The translations under genes were made by a program, and so were the position numbers. The notes below the pieces were generated by a model that did no database searches, was not told the DNA's origin, and saw nothing but the letters and a program-made list of their open reading frames with translations. From NCBI GenBank assembly GCA_016207405.1, contig JACQPQ010000053.1, positions 8,246 through 72,245 of the forward strand: a stretch of 64,000 nt of DNA. Direction: 5' to 3'. Below are positions 18,785 to 28,054 of the stretch, piece by piece. Position 1 is the first letter of the stretch; each line of letters starts with the position of its first letter. Source of the DNA: Gammaproteobacteria bacterium (GTDB taxonomy: Bacteria; Pseudomonadota; Gammaproteobacteria; JACQPQ01).

Positions 18785-18861
18785 TGGCGGAGCGGACGGG
18801 GCTTGAACCCGTGACCCCCGGCGTGACAGGCCGGTATTCTAACCAACTGAACTACCGCTCC
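18785..18861 (-). tRNA. tRNA-Asp (GUC)
   Basis: The reverse complement GGAGCGGTAGTTCAGTTGGTTAGAATACCGGCCTGTCACGCCGGGGGTCACGGGTTCAAGCCCCGTCCGCTCCGCCA folds as a cloverleaf. The acceptor stem is GGAGCGG/CCGCTCC and the anticodon loop is CUGUCAC. It is close to E. coli tRNA-Asp. Confidence 0.95.
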
Positions 18862-18935
18862 CAAAAAGCTTCCTCACCCGCTCTTCCAAAACTAGCAAGG
18901 AAAGCGGGTGAGATCTCTTGAAACTCCCGCTTAAC

Positions 18936-19011
18936 TGGTGGGTGCTGAGGGGTTTGAACCCCCGACCTTCGCCGTGTAAAGGCGACGCTCTTCCAACTGA
19001 GCTAAGCACCC
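18936..19011 (-). tRNA. tRNA-Val (UAC)
   Basis: The reverse complement is GGGTGCTTAGCTCAGTTGGAAGAGCGTCGCCTTTACACGGCGAAGGTCGGGGGTTCAAACCCCTCAGCACCCACCA. The acceptor stem is GGGTGCT/AGCACCC, the anticodon loop is UUUACAC, and CCA is encoded. Confidence 0.95.
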
Positions 19012-19024
19012 AACATCGGATTGT

Positions 19025-19297
19025 TTAGTGAACCGCTTTCTTTAAAACTTTACCAGCTCTAAATACGGGTACTTTAGTTGCTTTAATTTGAATCGTTTGC
19101 CCCGTTTGAGGGTTACGGCCTTTTCTCGCAGCTCGGTTTCTCACTTGAAAGGAACCAAAGCCAACGAGCGTCACCTGCTCACCCTTTTTTAGCGCTGTCG
19201 AAATAGACTTCACAAAAGCGCCTACGGCTCTTCCCGCAGCTTCTTTAGAAAGGCCAGCGGACTTTGCAATGCTATTAATAAGTTCAGATTTATTCAC
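19025..19297 (-). CDS. hupB: DNA-binding protein HU
   Basis: 90 aa. MNKSELI..., the arm [23 protein letters not shown], a GTG start and RBS aaaggaga. Confidence 0.9.
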   Translation of the reverse strand: MNKSELINSIAKSAGLSKEAAGRAVGAFVKSISTALKKGEQVTLVGFGSFQVRNRAARKGRNPQTGQTIQIKATKVPVFRAGKVLKKAVH

Positions 19298-19445
19298 GAG
19301 TTTCTCCTTTTTTGTTTTAGAATTGTTGAGTTGTCAGTTCCACCGAAGGTAGAGTAAAAGTGCGGTTTTACCGACATCCATCCTTAGCAACCCCTTATGC
19401 TAACGTGGTTCTTTGAGAAAACACAAGACATTCTCATCGAGGATG

Positions 19446-19475
19446 AATGTAGAGCGAATGGGTTCTCTTTGTCAA
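19446..19475 (-). promoter_or_regulatory. Candidate sigma70 promoter of hupB
   Basis: On the minus strand, TTGACA (19475-19470), an 18-nt spacer, then TACATT (19451-19446). It lies about 150 nt upstream of the hupB start. Confidence 0.35.
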
Positions 19476-19487
19476 TACTTACTTTGT

Positions 19488-20534
19488 TTAAAAATTTGAA
19501 ACGGAAATCCCAAGCAATCTTATTCTGCGCCTCCCTGCTTCCGTTTTGCTCAGGAGATTTGTGGTAACTTCAAGAATAACGTGTTCATCTCTCGTAAAGT
19601 GTTCTATCGTTTGACTTCTTGTAATGTGTTCAAAATTGTCATACTTCACTTTCAATGTAATCGTTTTCCCTTTTAAATCCGCTTCTGTGAGGTGTCTTGC
19701 AACCGCGTGAGTAAGCTTGGCGAGCTCCTCTCGGAGGGAAGAGAGTTCCAATAAATCGATTGGAAAAGTTTCTTCTTTTCCCAATGATTTTCGCACCCGC
19801 TCTGTTTCAACTGGTTGCTCATCAATTCCTTGAGAGCGCTCATACAACCAGGTTGCCATGTTTCCAAGGTGAAGAGACAAAGCTGCTTTCGAGTATTTCC
19901 AAACGTCACTACACACTTTTAAGCCCAACGCGGTCAGTCGTTTTTCGGTGACAGGGCCAATGCCATGAATCTTTCGCAAGGGCAAATTCTGCATAAATGA
20001 AGTCACCTGATCTGGCAACACAACAGTTAAACCATTTGGTTTTTTCATATCCGAGGCAATTTTAGCTACCAACTTATTCGGGGCAACCCCTGCAGAGCCA
20101 GTTAACTCTAGAGTATTCTGAACTTCTTTTTGGATGCGTTTGGCAATGGTTACCGCATACAGTCTTGCTGCATTATGGGTAACATCGAGAAAAGCTTCAT
20201 CTAAAGAAAGCGGTTCTATAAGTGCAGTGTATTGTTTAAAAATTTCTCGTATGTGAGATGAGGCTGCTTGGTATTTTTCAAAATGGGGATCAATAAAAAT
20301 CGCCTCCCTGCACAAGCGCGCCGCTTTTGAACACGCCATGGCCGAGTGAATACCATATTTTCTAGCTTCATAGCTCGCCGTACAAACAACGGCTCTGGAA
20401 TTGGGCGAGCCTCCAACTACCACCGGCTTGCCTCGCAAGGCAGGATTATCGCGGATCTCTATCGCAGCATAGAAAGCATCCATATCAAAATGGATAATCT
20501 TTCGTTTGAGTAAAGAAGAATGACAGTCGGGCAT
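19488..20534 (-). CDS. dinB: DNA polymerase IV
   Basis: KIIHFDMDAFYAAIE (Y-family motif I), SLDEAFLDVT. The start is taken at ATG 20534 because the upstream ORF-track start is a TTG. Confidence 0.9.
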   Translation of the reverse strand: MPDCHSSLLKRKIIHFDMDAFYAAIEIRDNPALRGKPVVVGGSPNSRAVVCTASYEARKYGIHSAMACSKAARLCREAIFIDPHFEKYQAASSHIREIFKQYTALIEPLSLDEAFLDVTHNAARLYAVTIAKRIQKEVQNTLELTGSAGVAPNKLVAKIASDMKKPNGLTVVLPDQVTSFMQNLPLRKIHGIGPVTEKRLTALGLKVCSDVWKYSKAALSLHLGNMATWLYERSQGIDEQPVETERVRKSLGKEETFPIDLLELSSLREELAKLTHAVARHLTEADLKGKTITLKVKYDNFEHITRSQTIEHFTRDEHVILEVTTNLLSKTEAGRRRIRLLGISVSNF

Positions 20535-20820
20535 TGGGCTTTCGCAGCAACCCCCTGAAGATTCGCTATTTTTTCTTGATGGGCAATGCTTTTGCTTTGA
20601 TATCTGACACTTCAAGCATAATACCTCATGGATGAAGAATCAAAAACGGAAAAGGGTATGAGCAAAAAGGTATGCGGGTATGAGGGTCAGGAGACCCTAT
20701 TTTCAATTTGATGCCTATGTGCTTTATCGGTTGGGAGGTTTTGCTGCACAAACCCGCCACTTGACGCCAAGGGGAGGGGAAGTATATACTTTGTATATAC
20801 ATCGGAGACGGAGAACATTT

Positions 20821-21054
20821 ATGCAAACACAAATTCAAAAATGGGGGAACAGTTTGGGGGTTAGAATTCCAGTCAGCTTGTGTTATGAGCTACATTTACA
20901 TGCGGGTAGTATTGTTGAACTTGCTTTAGAAGATGAACATTTAGTTGTTCAGCCAAAAAAACATTCTCTAGAAGAAATGCTAAAAAAAATAACACCCCAC
21001 AATAGACATAACCCTCTATTCGAAGATTTGCCCAGGGGGGCTGAGGAATGGTGA
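20821..21054 (+). CDS. mazE: MazE/PemI-type antitoxin (SpoVT/AbrB fold)
   Basis: MQTQIQKWGNSLGVRIPVSL is the classic AbrB-like antitoxin N-terminus. The start is at ATG 20821. It overlaps the toxin gene by 7 nt. Confidence 0.85.
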   Translation: MQTQIQKWGNSLGVRIPVSLCYELHLHAGSIVELALEDEHLVVQPKKHSLEEMLKKITPHNRHNPLFEDLPRGAEEW

Positions 21055-21380
21055 TCTATATTCCAAAACGAGGAGACATTGTTTGGTTGAACTTTAATCC
21101 ACAAACAGGAAAAGAAATTCAAAAAACACGTCCTGCTTTGATTATTTCCCCCCATTCTTATAATGCAAAGACCCACTTGGCTTTATGCATGCCTATTACC
21201 AGTCAAATAAAAGGCTATCCTTTTGAGTTTGTAGTTCAGACAAAACATGTCAAAGGTGCAGTTCTCTGTGATCAGACAAAATCTCTTGATTGGAAAGAGC
21301 GAGACGCACGATATATTACTAAACTTTCCTCTAATCAATTGGAGGAAATTATAGAAAAATTCATGGTCCTATTAAATTAA
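21048..21380 (+). CDS. mazF: MazF/PemK-family endoribonuclease toxin
   Basis: 110 aa. PKRGDIVWLNFNPQTGKEIQKTRPALIISP and CMPITSQIKGYPFE blocks typical of PemK/MazF. Confidence 0.85.
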   Translation: MVIYIPKRGDIVWLNFNPQTGKEIQKTRPALIISPHSYNAKTHLALCMPITSQIKGYPFEFVVQTKHVKGAVLCDQTKSLDWKERDARYITKLSSNQLEEIIEKFMVLLN

Positions 21381-21393
21381 CATCTTCTCTGTC

Positions 21394-21430
21394 CTTTAGG
21401 CGGGGAGGAGTGCCGCACCCCGGCCTAAAG
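21394..21430. terminator. Hairpin between convergent mazF and thioesterase genes
   Basis: ctttaggc-gggg ... cccc-g-gcctaaag inverted repeat in the 72-nt convergent spacer. Confidence 0.4.
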
Positions 21431-21452
21431 CGGAGACTACATTGCTTGGGAT

Positions 21453-21875
21453 TCAACATTTTTGTGAAGTGACGACAAAACTACCCGATCCGATGGAGAT
21501 CAGATCCCCATTTTCTGATTTTACCTCCATTTCCGATACGGCCATTCGGCTACCAGCTTTGAGGAGTCGCCCCGTTGCCATTAAAGTAGTTTTAATCGCG
21601 GGCAGGAGCAGGCGCACCTGTAAATCTGAGGTTGCAATCCAGAAGTTATACCGAGTCGCAGCAGTAAACCAGCCTGCATTGTCCAGCATGGTGGCCAGCA
21701 CTCCTCCGTGGATGCCTCCCAAGGCATGATCGAAATTGGGATTATAAGGCAAAGTAAAAACAGCATTGCCCTGTTCAGTATAGTGAAACTGCATGTTGTA
21801 TGCTCGTTTGATTGGCGCTGTATCAAAAAGATCCAATAATTCTTGTTGTCTTTTTCGAATGATTTCTATTTCCAT
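21453..21875 (-). CDS. PaaI-family (hotdog fold) thioesterase
   Basis: 140 aa. The GGIHGGVLATMLDNA motif is characteristic of PaaI/YdiI-type thioesterases. Confidence 0.7.
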   Translation of the reverse strand: MEIEIIRKRQQELLDLFDTAPIKRAYNMQFHYTEQGNAVFTLPYNPNFDHALGGIHGGVLATMLDNAGWFTAATRYNFWIATSDLQVRLLLPAIKTTLMATGRLLKAGSRMAVSEMEVKSENGDLISIGSGSFVVTSQKC

Positions 21876-22051
21876 AGAACTTTTCTCTTTAGTATTTTAC
21901 CTGGGTGGAGATCGGCAACGTTGACTCGACCATAGTACACCCCGACGGCCCTGTAAAGTGATAGGATATACACCCAATGTTTTTGATAGGAGCGAGAAAT
22001 GGACATTTCGCACACAGTCGCAATAATATCTTTTCCAAAGGGATGAATACA

Positions 22052-22570
22052 ATGCATGATCAAATGGATGAAAAACCCGTATTGGACTCCGAGGGTTATC
22101 GGTCGAGCGTTGGAATTGTGTTGGTGAATGACGCCCGTCAGTTATTTTGGGCGAAGAGAATAGGATATGAAGCCTGGCAATTTCCACAGGGAGGCATTCA
22201 AGAAAAGGAAAGTATTTTAGATGCGCTCTATCGAGAATTAGAAGAAGAAATTGGGCTCTCTCCACAAGACGTCAAGGTTTTAAATCGGACGATGGGGTGG
22301 CTCAATTACCGATTCCCAGAATATTTAAAACGTCGTAATCCCACCTTGAATTTTACAGGACAAAAACAAAAGTGGTTTTTATTGCAACTTCTTGTGGGAG
22401 ACGAAGCCATTCGGTTGGATAAACATGCGCATCCAGAATTAGATCATTGGATCTGGGTGAGTTACTGGTATCCCTTACGGTATGTGATCCCATTTAAACG
22501 AGCGGTTTACCGCCGGGTACTCAAGGAATTTTTAAAAACAGACTTTTTTAGGATGGCAGAGAAAGGATAA
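22052..22570 (+). CDS. rppH: RNA pyrophosphohydrolase (Nudix)
   Basis: GYRSSVGIVLVN...WQFPQGGIQEKESILDALYRELEEEIGL (Nudix box)...QKQKWFLLQL...WVSYWYP...FKRAVYRRVLKEF parallels E. coli RppH. The start is uncertain among ATG 22043, 22052 and 22064. Confidence 0.85.
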   Translation: MHDQMDEKPVLDSEGYRSSVGIVLVNDARQLFWAKRIGYEAWQFPQGGIQEKESILDALYRELEEEIGLSPQDVKVLNRTMGWLNYRFPEYLKRRNPTLNFTGQKQKWFLLQLLVGDEAIRLDKHAHPELDHWIWVSYWYPLRYVIPFKRAVYRRVLKEFLKTDFFRMAEKG

Positions 22571-22583
22571 AAACTCGTTTTCT

Positions 22584-22724
22584 GGTGGGTTTTCGTGATT
22601 CCCGCTCGCTCAACCCAACTTACGTACTACCCATCTCCTCTTGTTATTCCGCATTCCGAATTCGGTGGACCGCTCGCAAAAAACGCTCGCTTTGTCCACC
22701 CTACTTTAACTTACCCCTTACCCC
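22584..22724. repeat. Mosaic repeat cluster: REP-B variant + REP-B + TTACCCC heptamers
   Basis: 22584-22623 is ggtgggttttcgtgattcccgctcgctcaacccaacttac. 22664-22704 is ggtggaccgctcgcaaaaaacgctcgctttgtccaccctac. 22711-22724 is ttacccc ttacccc, which contains the gyrA stop (complement of 22718-20). Confidence 0.8.
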
Positions 22725-25264
22725 TCCTCAATCCGTTCTACGGCAACGAGGGACTCCGTATCCGACAATTGAATGAGCCGTACACCCTTCGTGTTGCGGC
22801 TAACCACAGAGATTTCTTGGACAGGAGTTCTGACCAGTTTACCTTGGTCACTGACAAGCATCACGTCATCGGTCTCTTGGACGGCAATGGCAGAGACAAC
22901 AGGGCCATTTCGTTCATGAACTTGAATGGAAATAACGCCGCTTCCTCCTCGGCCTTGTAGGCGGTACTCACGAATAGCGGTTCTTTTCCCATATCCATGA
23001 CGCGTAACGGTGAGCACTTCACCTTCTGGCTCTGCAATTAAAAGGGCGATGACTTTATGTTTTTGGGGCAATCGAATCCCTCGGACGCCTTGGCTCGTTC
23101 TCCCTGTGGCTCTCAGTTTCTTTTCGTGGAATCGAATTACTTTTCCTTGATCTGTAAATAACATAAGGTCGCGTTCACCATTCGTGATATGCGCGCCTAT
23201 CAGCATATCGTCCGTTTGCAAATGGATGGCGATAATGCCGTTTGCTCTGGGGTTAGAAAAATCAGATAGTGCCGTTTTTTTAATAAGTCCCTTTCCTGTT
23301 GCCATTACAATAAATTGGTCAGGGGTATATTCTTTAATAGGTAAAATGGTGGTGATTCTTTCCCCTTCTGAAAGAGACAATAAATTGACGATGGGCTTTC
23401 CTTTTGAAACGGAACTTCCCTGGGGGAGTTGATACACTTTTAGCCAATACGCTTTACCCAGGTTTGAAAAGCACAGAATAGTATCGTGTGTATTCGCAAC
23501 CAATAGGCGCTCAATAAAATCATCCGTTTTGACTTGAGTAGCTGACCGTCCTTTGCCCCCTCTGTGTTGGCTTTCATACTGGTGGATGGGCTGTGCTTTG
23601 ATATACCCCGTGTGCGACAAAGTCACTGCCACTTCTTCCTGTTCTATTAAGTCTTCGATGGAAAGATCTTGTCCTGTGGAGATAATTTCAGTTCTGCGCT
23701 TGTCTTGGTATTGTGTTTTGATCAGTTGAAGCTCTTCGCGAACAACGGCCATCAGTTTTTCTGGGGATGCCAGAATAGAAAGCAGAGTTTGAATAGAAAG
23801 AATAATTTCCCCATATTCTTTTAAGATTTTTTCACGTTCTAAACTGGTTAAGCGGTGAAGGCGGAGATCTAGAATGGCTTGTGCCTGAACGGGAGTCATT
23901 TGGTAACGTTTTTCATCCAATAACCCGAATGACGGGCTTAAATCTTTAGGTTTTGTGAGCGCGGCTTCTCGATTGTGCAGCATTTGGGTAACTGTGCCGG
24001 GTGGCCAGGTGCTTGCCAGAAGGTGTTCTTTTGCTTCCGCAGGTGTCTTAGCTTGTTTGATGAGCGTGATGATGGCGTCAATATTAGAGAGCGCAACGGC
24101 CAGACTTTCTAAAATGTGCGCCCGTTCCCGCGCTTTTTTGAGCTCAAACAAGGTTCGCCGAGTAACGATTTGGCGGCGGTGTGCAAGAAAGGCTTCGAGG
24201 ATATTTTTGAGGGGAAGTAAGCGAGGCTGGCCGTCTATCAAGGCCACCATGTTTATTCCGAACGAAATTTGGAGCTGGGTAAGCGATAAAAGATTATTCT
24301 GAAGTACTTCCGCGTGTTCTCCTCGTTTTAACTCGATGACAACCCGTAGTCCATCTTTGTCGGATTCATCTCTTAGACTAGAAATACCTTCTATTTTTTT
24401 GTCTTTAAGCAGTTCTGCTATCTTTGCAATCAAAAGTGCTTTATTGACTTGAAAGGGCAGCTCTTTCACCAAGAGGGTTTGCTTCCCTGTTTTTTCGTCG
24501 GTTTCAATTTCGGTTTTGGCTCGGATCGTAATTTTTCCTTTTCCTGTTTTGTAAGCTTCCAGAATACCGGCTCTGCCGGTAATGATGGCGGCGGTTGGAA
24601 AGTCAGGCCCCGGTAATAGGGTCAGCAGCTCTTCAACAGTAGCAGAAGGTTTTTCGATCAGTAAAAAACAGGCATCCAGGACTTCTTTTACATTATGGGG
24701 AGGGATATTGGTTGCCATACCGACGGCAATGCCTGAGGAACCATTAATGAGCAAATTGGGGATTTTGGTGGGGAGTACGGTGGGTTCTTGTTCGTTGCCG
24801 TCGTAATTGGGAATAAAATCAACCGTTTCCTTATCTAAGTCTGCGAGCAGCTCATGGGTAATACGCGACATACGGACTTCTGTATAACGCATGGCAGCGG
24901 GACGATCTCCATCGATGGAGCCAAAATTTCCTTGGCCATTGATGAGGGGATAGCGAAGTGAGAAAGGTTGGGCCATGCGGACAATGCTGTCATATACAGC
25001 AACATCTCCGTGTGGATGGAACTGCCCGATGACATTCCCAACGACTCTTGCAGATTTTTTATAGGGCTTATTCCAGTCATTTCCCATTTGTTGCATGGCA
25101 TACAAAATGCGCCGATGGACAGGTTTTAAGCCGTCTCGAACATCAGGGAGTGCACGCCCAATGATAACGCTCATGGCGTAATCGAGATAAGAACGTTGTA
25201 GTTCTTCTTCGATAGGGATAGCGATGATTTCTTGGGCAGGGGCAGGAGGGGAAGGCGTTGTCAT
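22718..25264 (-). CDS. gyrA: DNA gyrase subunit A
   Basis: 848 aa. Active-site block [26 protein letters not shown]-type region HPHGD, and a C-terminal beta-pinwheel. Confidence 0.97.
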   Translation of the reverse strand: MTTPSPPAPAQEIIAIPIEEELQRSYLDYAMSVIIGRALPDVRDGLKPVHRRILYAMQQMGNDWNKPYKKSARVVGNVIGQFHPHGDVAVYDSIVRMAQPFSLRYPLINGQGNFGSIDGDRPAAMRYTEVRMSRITHELLADLDKETVDFIPNYDGNEQEPTVLPTKIPNLLINGSSGIAVGMATNIPPHNVKEVLDACFLLIEKPSATVEELLTLLPGPDFPTAAIITGRAGILEAYKTGKGKITIRAKTEIETDEKTGKQTLLVKELPFQVNKALLIAKIAELLKDKKIEGISSLRDESDKDGLRVVIELKRGEHAEVLQNNLLSLTQLQISFGINMVALIDGQPRLLPLKNILEAFLAHRRQIVTRRTLFELKKARERAHILESLAVALSNIDAIITLIKQAKTPAEAKEHLLASTWPPGTVTQMLHNREAALTKPKDLSPSFGLLDEKRYQMTPVQAQAILDLRLHRLTSLEREKILKEYGEIILSIQTLLSILASPEKLMAVVREELQLIKTQYQDKRRTEIISTGQDLSIEDLIEQEEVAVTLSHTGYIKAQPIHQYESQHRGGKGRSATQVKTDDFIERLLVANTHDTILCFSNLGKAYWLKVYQLPQGSSVSKGKPIVNLLSLSEGERITTILPIKEYTPDQFIVMATGKGLIKKTALSDFSNPRANGIIAIHLQTDDMLIGAHITNGERDLMLFTDQGKVIRFHEKKLRATGRTSQGVRGIRLPQKHKVIALLIAEPEGEVLTVTRHGYGKRTAIREYRLQGRGGSGVISIQVHERNGPVVSAIAVQETDDVMLVSDQGKLVRTPVQEISVVSRNTKGVRLIQLSDTESLVAVERIEEG

Positions 25265-25280
25265 TTGGATAGTTTATCAT

Positions 25281-25386
25281 AAGGGGGAAGGGGAAAGGGA
25301 TAAGGGGGAAGGGAAAAGGGAGAAGGGAAATCGGGGTAATGGGGAAGGCATGCTTCACTTATCCCTTACCCCTTATCCCTTTCCCC
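25281..25386. repeat. Heptamer-period polypurine/G-tract array plus 18-bp perfect inverted repeat (gyrA leader / comEA 3' end)
   Basis: About 9 tandem 7-nt units (AAGGGGG AAGGGGA AAGGGAT AAGGGGG AAGGGAA AAGGGAG AAGGGAA ...) give nine G3-5 tracts between 25283 and 25344. The segment ggggaaagggataagggg (25290-25307) is exactly complementary to ccccttatccctttcccc (25369-25386). Confidence 0.85.
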
Positions 25387-25387
25387 C

Positions 25388-25669
25388 TTACTGAACAGAT
25401 TTGGTTGTGGTGGAAGGTTCAACAGTAAGATTGGCAAGATTGGCATTTACAAATTTGTCGCCAATACCTTTTACCTTTGCAAGATCTTGTACGGTTTTAA
25501 ATGGACCATTTTTTTCTCTGTATTGAACAATGGCTTGTGCCTTAGAAGGGCCAATACCGGTTAGAGCTTCTAATGTTTTTTGGTCAGCCGTATTGATATT
25601 AACTGCGGCATAAGCGGCAGAAAAAATCAGTGACAAAAGACCTATCACCATAAGACGAATAGCGTTCAT
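25388..25669 (-). CDS. comEA: ComEA-family DNA-binding protein (helix-hairpin-helix)
   Basis: Start at ATG 25669 (signal peptide MNAIRLMVIGLLSLIFSAAYA). INTADQKTLEALTGIGPSKAQAIVQYREKNGPFKTVQDLAKVKGIG is the ComEA HhH module. Confidence 0.85.
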   Translation of the reverse strand: MNAIRLMVIGLLSLIFSAAYAAVNINTADQKTLEALTGIGPSKAQAIVQYREKNGPFKTVQDLAKVKGIGDKFVNANLANLTVEPSTTTKSVQ

Positions 25670-25819
25670 AATAGACTCCTTAAGAATTAAGTTAAGTTTG
25701 AATGAATAACCTTCTCTTGCAAAATACCGCAAGATTGGGGCGCATTATAAAGTTTCTTCTAAAAAAAGCACGATATATTTTTGGGTGACTGAGCTTCAGG
25801 GAGGTAATCCCTCGCTGAT

Positions 25820-25980
25820 AGGTGGTTTACTGTGTATTTTCTGCTGCCTGTTGCTCGCTAAAAGTCCCCTGCGCTCCTAGAATTTTTCAGGTAAAAATGC
25901 ATCCTGCATTTTTACCTGAAAAATTCTACGTCGCTCGGGGACGCTCGCAAAGGCAGCAGAAAATACACAGTAAACCACCT
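25820..25980. repeat. Long palindromic MITE-like element, copy 2 (161 bp)
   Basis: Perfect 29-bp terminal inverted repeats: aggtggtttactgtgtattttctgctgcc (25820-48) and its complement (25952-80). A perfect inner 24-bp inverted repeat (25878-25901 / 25905-25928) surrounds the central tcc. The core is shared with the element at 8685..8878. Confidence 0.85.
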
Positions 25981-26023
25981 TTTCCACCATTCGAGTAGAG
26001 GAATTACTCTAGGAGATCTCGTA

Positions 26024-26869
26024 ATGAAAACGCTGAACATAATAGGGTGTGGCAGGGTAGGGCGAACATTAGCGCGCTTATGGCATGAAGCAAACGTTTT
26101 TGAAATTCAAGATGTGCTGACACGTTCGTTCTCCTCATCTCATCAAGCGGTAGAGTTTATTGGCCAAGGAAACGCTATCCATGCATACGATGCACTTGGC
26201 GATGCGGAGGTGACTTTAATTGCAACAACAGACGAAGCTATTTCTCTTGTGGCAAAAAAACTGGTAGAAGCAGGGAAAGTGCGAAAAGAGATGATTGTGT
26301 TTCATACGAGTGGTGCGCTTTCCTCCCGCATCTTGAAAATTTCAGAAGATAAGGGTGCGTTCGTTGCGAGCGTACATCCTTTGATGAGTTTTGCAGATCT
26401 AAAACTCTCTATGGCTTCTTTTCCTGGATCCTATTGCTGTATGGAAGGAAATGCTTTTGCATGTGCTGTATTAGAAGGCGCTTTTCAGAAAATTGGGGGG
26501 CAGGTGTTTACTATTTCGCATGAGCATAAGACGCTCTATCACGCAGCCAGTGTTCTGGCTTCTAATTATGTCGTCACACTCATGGAAGCGGCCTGTCAGG
26601 CTTATCAAAGATCAGGGGTAGACCATTGTCTGGCAGAAAAAATTGTGAGTTCTTTGGTGAATAATGCCGTGAAGAATGTTACAACGCTTGGGGCTTCAGC
26701 TGCTTTAACAGGGCCACTGAAGCGGGGAGAGCATTCTATTGTTGAGACACATGAACAAGCGTTAAGACAGTGGAATGAAAAAGCAGGCTGCTTTTATAAA
26801 GCAGCCACTCAATTAACTACCGAGCTTTTTGGTTTACCTCATTCCCAGTTCAACGTGCCCCCTGTTTGA
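26024..26869 (+). CDS. Rossmann-fold NAD(P)-binding protein (DUF2520-type, ProC/ApbA-like)
   Basis: N-terminal GxGxxG ([12 protein letters not shown]). The size and the C-terminal helical domain resemble the 'Rossmann-like and DUF2520' proteins. The function is unknown. Confidence 0.5.
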   Translation: MKTLNIIGCGRVGRTLARLWHEANVFEIQDVLTRSFSSSHQAVEFIGQGNAIHAYDALGDAEVTLIATTDEAISLVAKKLVEAGKVRKEMIVFHTSGALSSRILKISEDKGAFVASVHPLMSFADLKLSMASFPGSYCCMEGNAFACAVLEGAFQKIGGQVFTISHEHKTLYHAASVLASNYVVTLMEAACQAYQRSGVDHCLAEKIVSSLVNNAVKNVTTLGASAALTGPLKRGEHSIVETHEQALRQWNEKAGCFYKAATQLTTELFGLPHSQFNVPPV

Positions 26870-27954
26870 TATTCTGTGACACGTGTTTCGAAGAAGTTTT
26901 TTTCTTTTTTTAAGTCCATGATTTCGCTCATCCACGGAAAGGGGTTGTCTTTGGGGGGATAGTAGGCGGCGAGGCCAATTTGAATCAAACGTCGGTTGGC
27001 AATACCTTGGAGATAATCCTCAAAGAGAGCGGCATTCATGCCTAATATGCCATGCGGCATGGTATCACGCGCGTATGCAATTTCGAGTTCGACCCCTTCT
27101 CGAATTATTTTAAGGATGCGTGCTTGGAAATCTTCTGTCCATAAATGAGGATTTTCGAGTTTAATTTGATTAATGGCATCAATTCCAAAATTTAAGTGCA
27201 TAGACTCATCCCGCAGGATATATTGAAACTGTTCTGAAACACCCACCATTTTGTTACGCCGCCCCATGGAAAGGATTTGCGTAAACCCAACATAAAAAAA
27301 GATCCCTTCAAACACGACATAAAACGCAATAAGGTCACGGAGTAGACGCTGGTCGTTTTCCACGGTACCCGTTTTAAAACGGCGGTCTCCTAAACTTTGA
27401 GTAAACTCTAAAGCCCAGGATGCTTTATCAGCCACAGAGGGTACTTCACGATACATGTTAAAGGTTTCAGCTTCATCCAGACTTAAACTTTCTATGCAAT
27501 ATTGATACGCATGCGTATGCAAGGCTTCTTCGAAGGCTTGTCGTAGCAAGTATTGGCGGCATTCAGGATTCGTAATGTGTCGATAGACGGCTAATACCAA
27601 GTTATTGGCAACTAAAGAATCTGCAGTCGAAAAAAAGCCTAAGTTTCTTTTTACAATGGTTCGCTCATCTTCGGTTAAACCATTCGGATTTTTCCACAAG
27701 GCGATATCGGCAGACATGTTAATTTCTTGTGGCATCCAATGATTGGCACAAGCATCCAGATATTTTTGCCAAGCCCATTGGTATTTGAAAGGAACCAGTT
27801 GATTGAGATCGGCTCGACAATTAATCATGGCTTTATCATCGACGGTGATGCGACGAGCGCCTCTTTTAAGGGCTTCTAAGCCTGTCGCCCCGGTTGTAGG
27901 TGAAGAGCGTTTTTTTTTGGTTTGTGATGAGAGTAATTCGAGTGTTTGTTCCAT
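26839..27954 (-). CDS. nrdB: Ribonucleotide-diphosphate reductase beta subunit (class Ia)
   Basis: Di-iron ligand helices ([28 protein letters not shown]). Downstream of nrdA. Confidence 0.9.
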   Translation of the reverse strand: MEQTLELLSSQTKKKRSSPTTGATGLEALKRGARRITVDDKAMINCRADLNQLVPFKYQWAWQKYLDACANHWMPQEINMSADIALWKNPNGLTEDERTIVKRNLGFFSTADSLVANNLVLAVYRHITNPECRQYLLRQAFEEALHTHAYQYCIESLSLDEAETFNMYREVPSVADKASWALEFTQSLGDRRFKTGTVENDQRLLRDLIAFYVVFEGIFFYVGFTQILSMGRRNKMVGVSEQFQYILRDESMHLNFGIDAINQIKLENPHLWTEDFQARILKIIREGVELEIAYARDTMPHGILGMNAALFEDYLQGIANRRLIQIGLAAYYPPKDNPFPWMSEIMDLKKEKNFFETRVTEYQTGGTLNWE

Positions 27955-27981
27955 AGTTTAATTTCTCCGAACCAGCTTTAT

Positions 27982-28054
27982 GGTGGACCGCTCGCAAAAA
28001 ACGCTCGCGCAAGTCCACCCTGCAAAAACTAAATCCTAAATCCTAACCCCTATC
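27982..28054. repeat. REP-B copy + AAATCCT/AACCCCT heptamers in the nrdA-nrdB spacer
   Basis: The sequence ggtggaccgctcgcaaaaaacgctcgcgcaagtccaccctgc (27982-28023) is followed by ctaaatcct aaatcct aacccct atc (28029-28054), which runs into the nrdA stop codon. Confidence 0.8.

Noticed and set aside
25265-25390. Possible CRISPR array or telomere-like repeat (CCCTAA-like units, regular short repeats at many spacers)
   Set aside because: The units are 7 nt and contiguous, without 25-40-nt spacers, and no cas genes are present. The resemblance of AACCCCT to telomeric CCCTAA is superficial, and the chromosome context is ordinary.
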